Below, in pieces: positions 62,512 through 64,000 of a DNA stretch of 64,000 nt; position 1 is the first letter of the stretch; every line of letters begins with the position of its first letter. Origin of the DNA: Nemertoderma westbladi (Eukaryota; Animalia; Xenacoelomorpha). A program made the translations under genes and the position numbers. The notes below the pieces were generated by a model. The model was not told the origin of the DNA. It searched no databases and was given only the letters and a program-made list of their open reading frames with translations. The stretch covers positions 22,115 to 86,114 of the forward strand of contig JAUCBJ010007809.1 of assembly GCA_032718475.1 (NCBI GenBank), read 5' to 3'.

Positions 62512-64000
62512 ATGGTATACATAGTCATGTCTGATACTAAGCAGAACCTGTCAGACAGTATATTAGATGTAACTATCTGCGACTCAGATAGAGACGTACA
62601 ACCGTCTAGTCGTAAATTCAGTTCACCTCCCACTGTGAGGAAGGTCATCCCTCCAGTAGTAATAACAGAACCTAGGCTAGTCCAACATCGTAGGTCTATC
62701 ATAGGCACTCGAGCTCAGGTCAAGCGGTACCAAGAAGCAGCGGAACAGCAACAACCCGCGAGTCAAGAACTTATTCCTCAGCGGCCCAGCAGCTCCAGTA
62801 GTGAGGATACGGTAGAGCTGACACCCGAGCGCGGAGCAGAGATGACGGATGCGGTTTATACGGATCCCCTTCTCATCCTTCCTGCAGCCGTACTCACTAG
62901 GTTATTGATCGCGGTGGAAGAACACCAGATCGATTGGGCGAGGAGTCAACGATCAACTAGAGATAGTTATGCGGGGTACACGAGGGAAGAATTGAAGTCT
63001 ATTGTCGAGTCGCAATGGAACTTCCCCGGACCCGGACTCCCGTTTGATTTATCAGAAGCTGCCTGGGAAGACATACACCGTATGGGAGTAGCCAAAGAAA
63101 CCATCGATCCAGCTGTATGGAAGAGGTCCGCAGCCGGATACGCACAGGGATTCTTCAGCTCTATGGAGCGAGTAGAAAGACAACTGTTTAAACAACCTCA
63201 AGGACCTCAAGAGCAGGGATCGCTGCTTTATCAAGTTAGAGAAAGAGTTCTACGAATTAGGCTAATATTATCGGCCTTTGAGGAGGCTTCTAAACGAAGA
63301 CAAGACACGTCGTTGCAAGTCGCCGTAAAGACTTGGTTTCAAAGGGTGAATCTCCAGGTTCAAGGAACAGCTCAGTGGAAAGCTCAGCTGGAGGAGCGAT
63401 CAACCCATGGAGAATCAACAGACGCTACTTTTTCCCAAGTGGAAAGTGAAGCGACGGCAGAGAAACCGCATAAGAGGGATGCCATTGACATCTATCTGTC
63501 AGACTATCAACGTTTTTTAGGTGATGACGAGTTGAGGAGAAGGTTAGAGGGACTTAGCCCTAATAGCGAAGGAACCAAGCTTGTGTTGGATGCCATCGAT
63601 GTGGAAATGAAGGCTGCGAATCAGGCTAAATTTGATGAACAACTCCGCCTGACACGAGTCCAAGAAGAACAAGTAAAGAAAAAACGTATAGAAGACAGAA
63701 AGAAAGCAGCAGTGGTAGCTGCAGAAGCAGAAAGAAAAGTGGCAGCGGCAGAGGCAGCAGCAGAGGCAAAAGCGGCAACGGCAGCGGCAGAGGCAAAGGC
63801 GGCAGAGGCAGCGGCAGAGGCAAAGGCGGCAGAGGCAGCGGCAGAAGCAAAGGCGACCTTGGCAGAAGCAGCAGCTGAAAGAAAGGCGGCAGAGGCAGTG
63901 GCAGAAGCAGAACGGAGAGCGACTGAAGAAACCACCCAGTTAGAATTGGAAAACATTCAGGAGAATCAAGACTGCATAAATAAACAGTTAACGGCTAGCA
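62512..64000 (+). CDS. Long ORF, probable Gag/polyprotein N-terminus with an Ala/Glu/Lys helical repeat; runs off the window and is absent from the ORF track
   Basis: Manual translation from ATG 62512/62527 (MSDTKQNLSDSILDV...) shows no stop for ~495 codons; (AAAEAKAAE)n at ~63720-63920. Confidence 0.8.
   Translation, partial: MVYIVMSDTKQNLSDSILDVTICDSDRDVQPSSRKFSSPPTVRKVIPPVVITEPRLVQHRRSIIGTRAQVKRYQEAAEQQQPASQELIPQRPSSSSSEDTVELTPERGAEMTDAVYTDPLLILPAAVLTRLLIAVEEHQIDWARSQRSTRDSYAGYTREELKSIVESQWNFPGPGLPFDLSEAAWEDIHRMGVAKETIDPAVWKRSAAGYAQGFFSSMERVERQLFKQPQGPQEQGSLLYQVRERVLRIRLILSAFEEASKRRQDTSLQVAVKTWFQRVNLQVQGTAQWKAQLEERSTHGESTDATFSQVESEATAEKPHKRDAIDIYLSDYQRFLGDDELRRRLEGLSPNSEGTKLVLDAIDVEMKAANQAKFDEQLRLTRVQEEQVKKKRIEDRKKAAVVAAEAERKVAAAEAAAEAKAATAAAEAKAAEAAAEAKAAEAAAEAKATLAEAAAERKAAEAVAEAERRATEETTQLELENIQENQDCINKQLTAS

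Larger units (their letters stand above)
59111..64000 (+). mobile_element. 5' part of an LTR retrotransposon: LTR (59111-60302), ~2.2-kb leader and first ORF
   Basis: TG...CA LTR homologous to the solo LTR at 6965-8250, inserted in the satellite and followed by unique sequence and a long ORF. Confidence 0.85.

Noticed and set aside
63621-63956. Ala-rich - strand ORFs or a bacterial TolA gene
   Set aside because: They are the antisense of the + strand low-complexity repeat; the resemblance is compositional only.

Overview
Eukaryotic, probably invertebrate, heterochromatin with no host genes. The backbone is a ~417-bp AT-rich satellite with two monomer subtypes, several orientation switches and a 2217-bp higher-order repeat. 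Nested transposons interrupt it: the 3' end of a Ty3/Gypsy element, two solo LTRs with 5-bp TSDs, and a young 14.3-kb Bel/Pao element (22931-37200). Two defective copies of a sister Bel/Pao family form a large inverted duplication. Also present are a TTAA-inserting Kolobok-like DNA transposon, several non-autonomous TIR elements, and the 5' part of another LTR element with a long ORF running off the window. The three best leads are: (1) both 5' LTRs in the window lack a tRNA primer-binding site and are followed instead by a 12-mer complementary to their own LTR, suggesting Tf1-like self-priming outside the Tf1/sushi group; (2) the Bel/Pao elements carry an extra ORF in the env position with a WRN/EXD-type DEDD 3'-5' exonuclease-like domain and three CCHC knuckles; (3) a structured LTR module is shared, in inverted orientation, by the Gypsy and Bel/Pao elements. 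All family assignments come from motif reading by eye; no database search was run.
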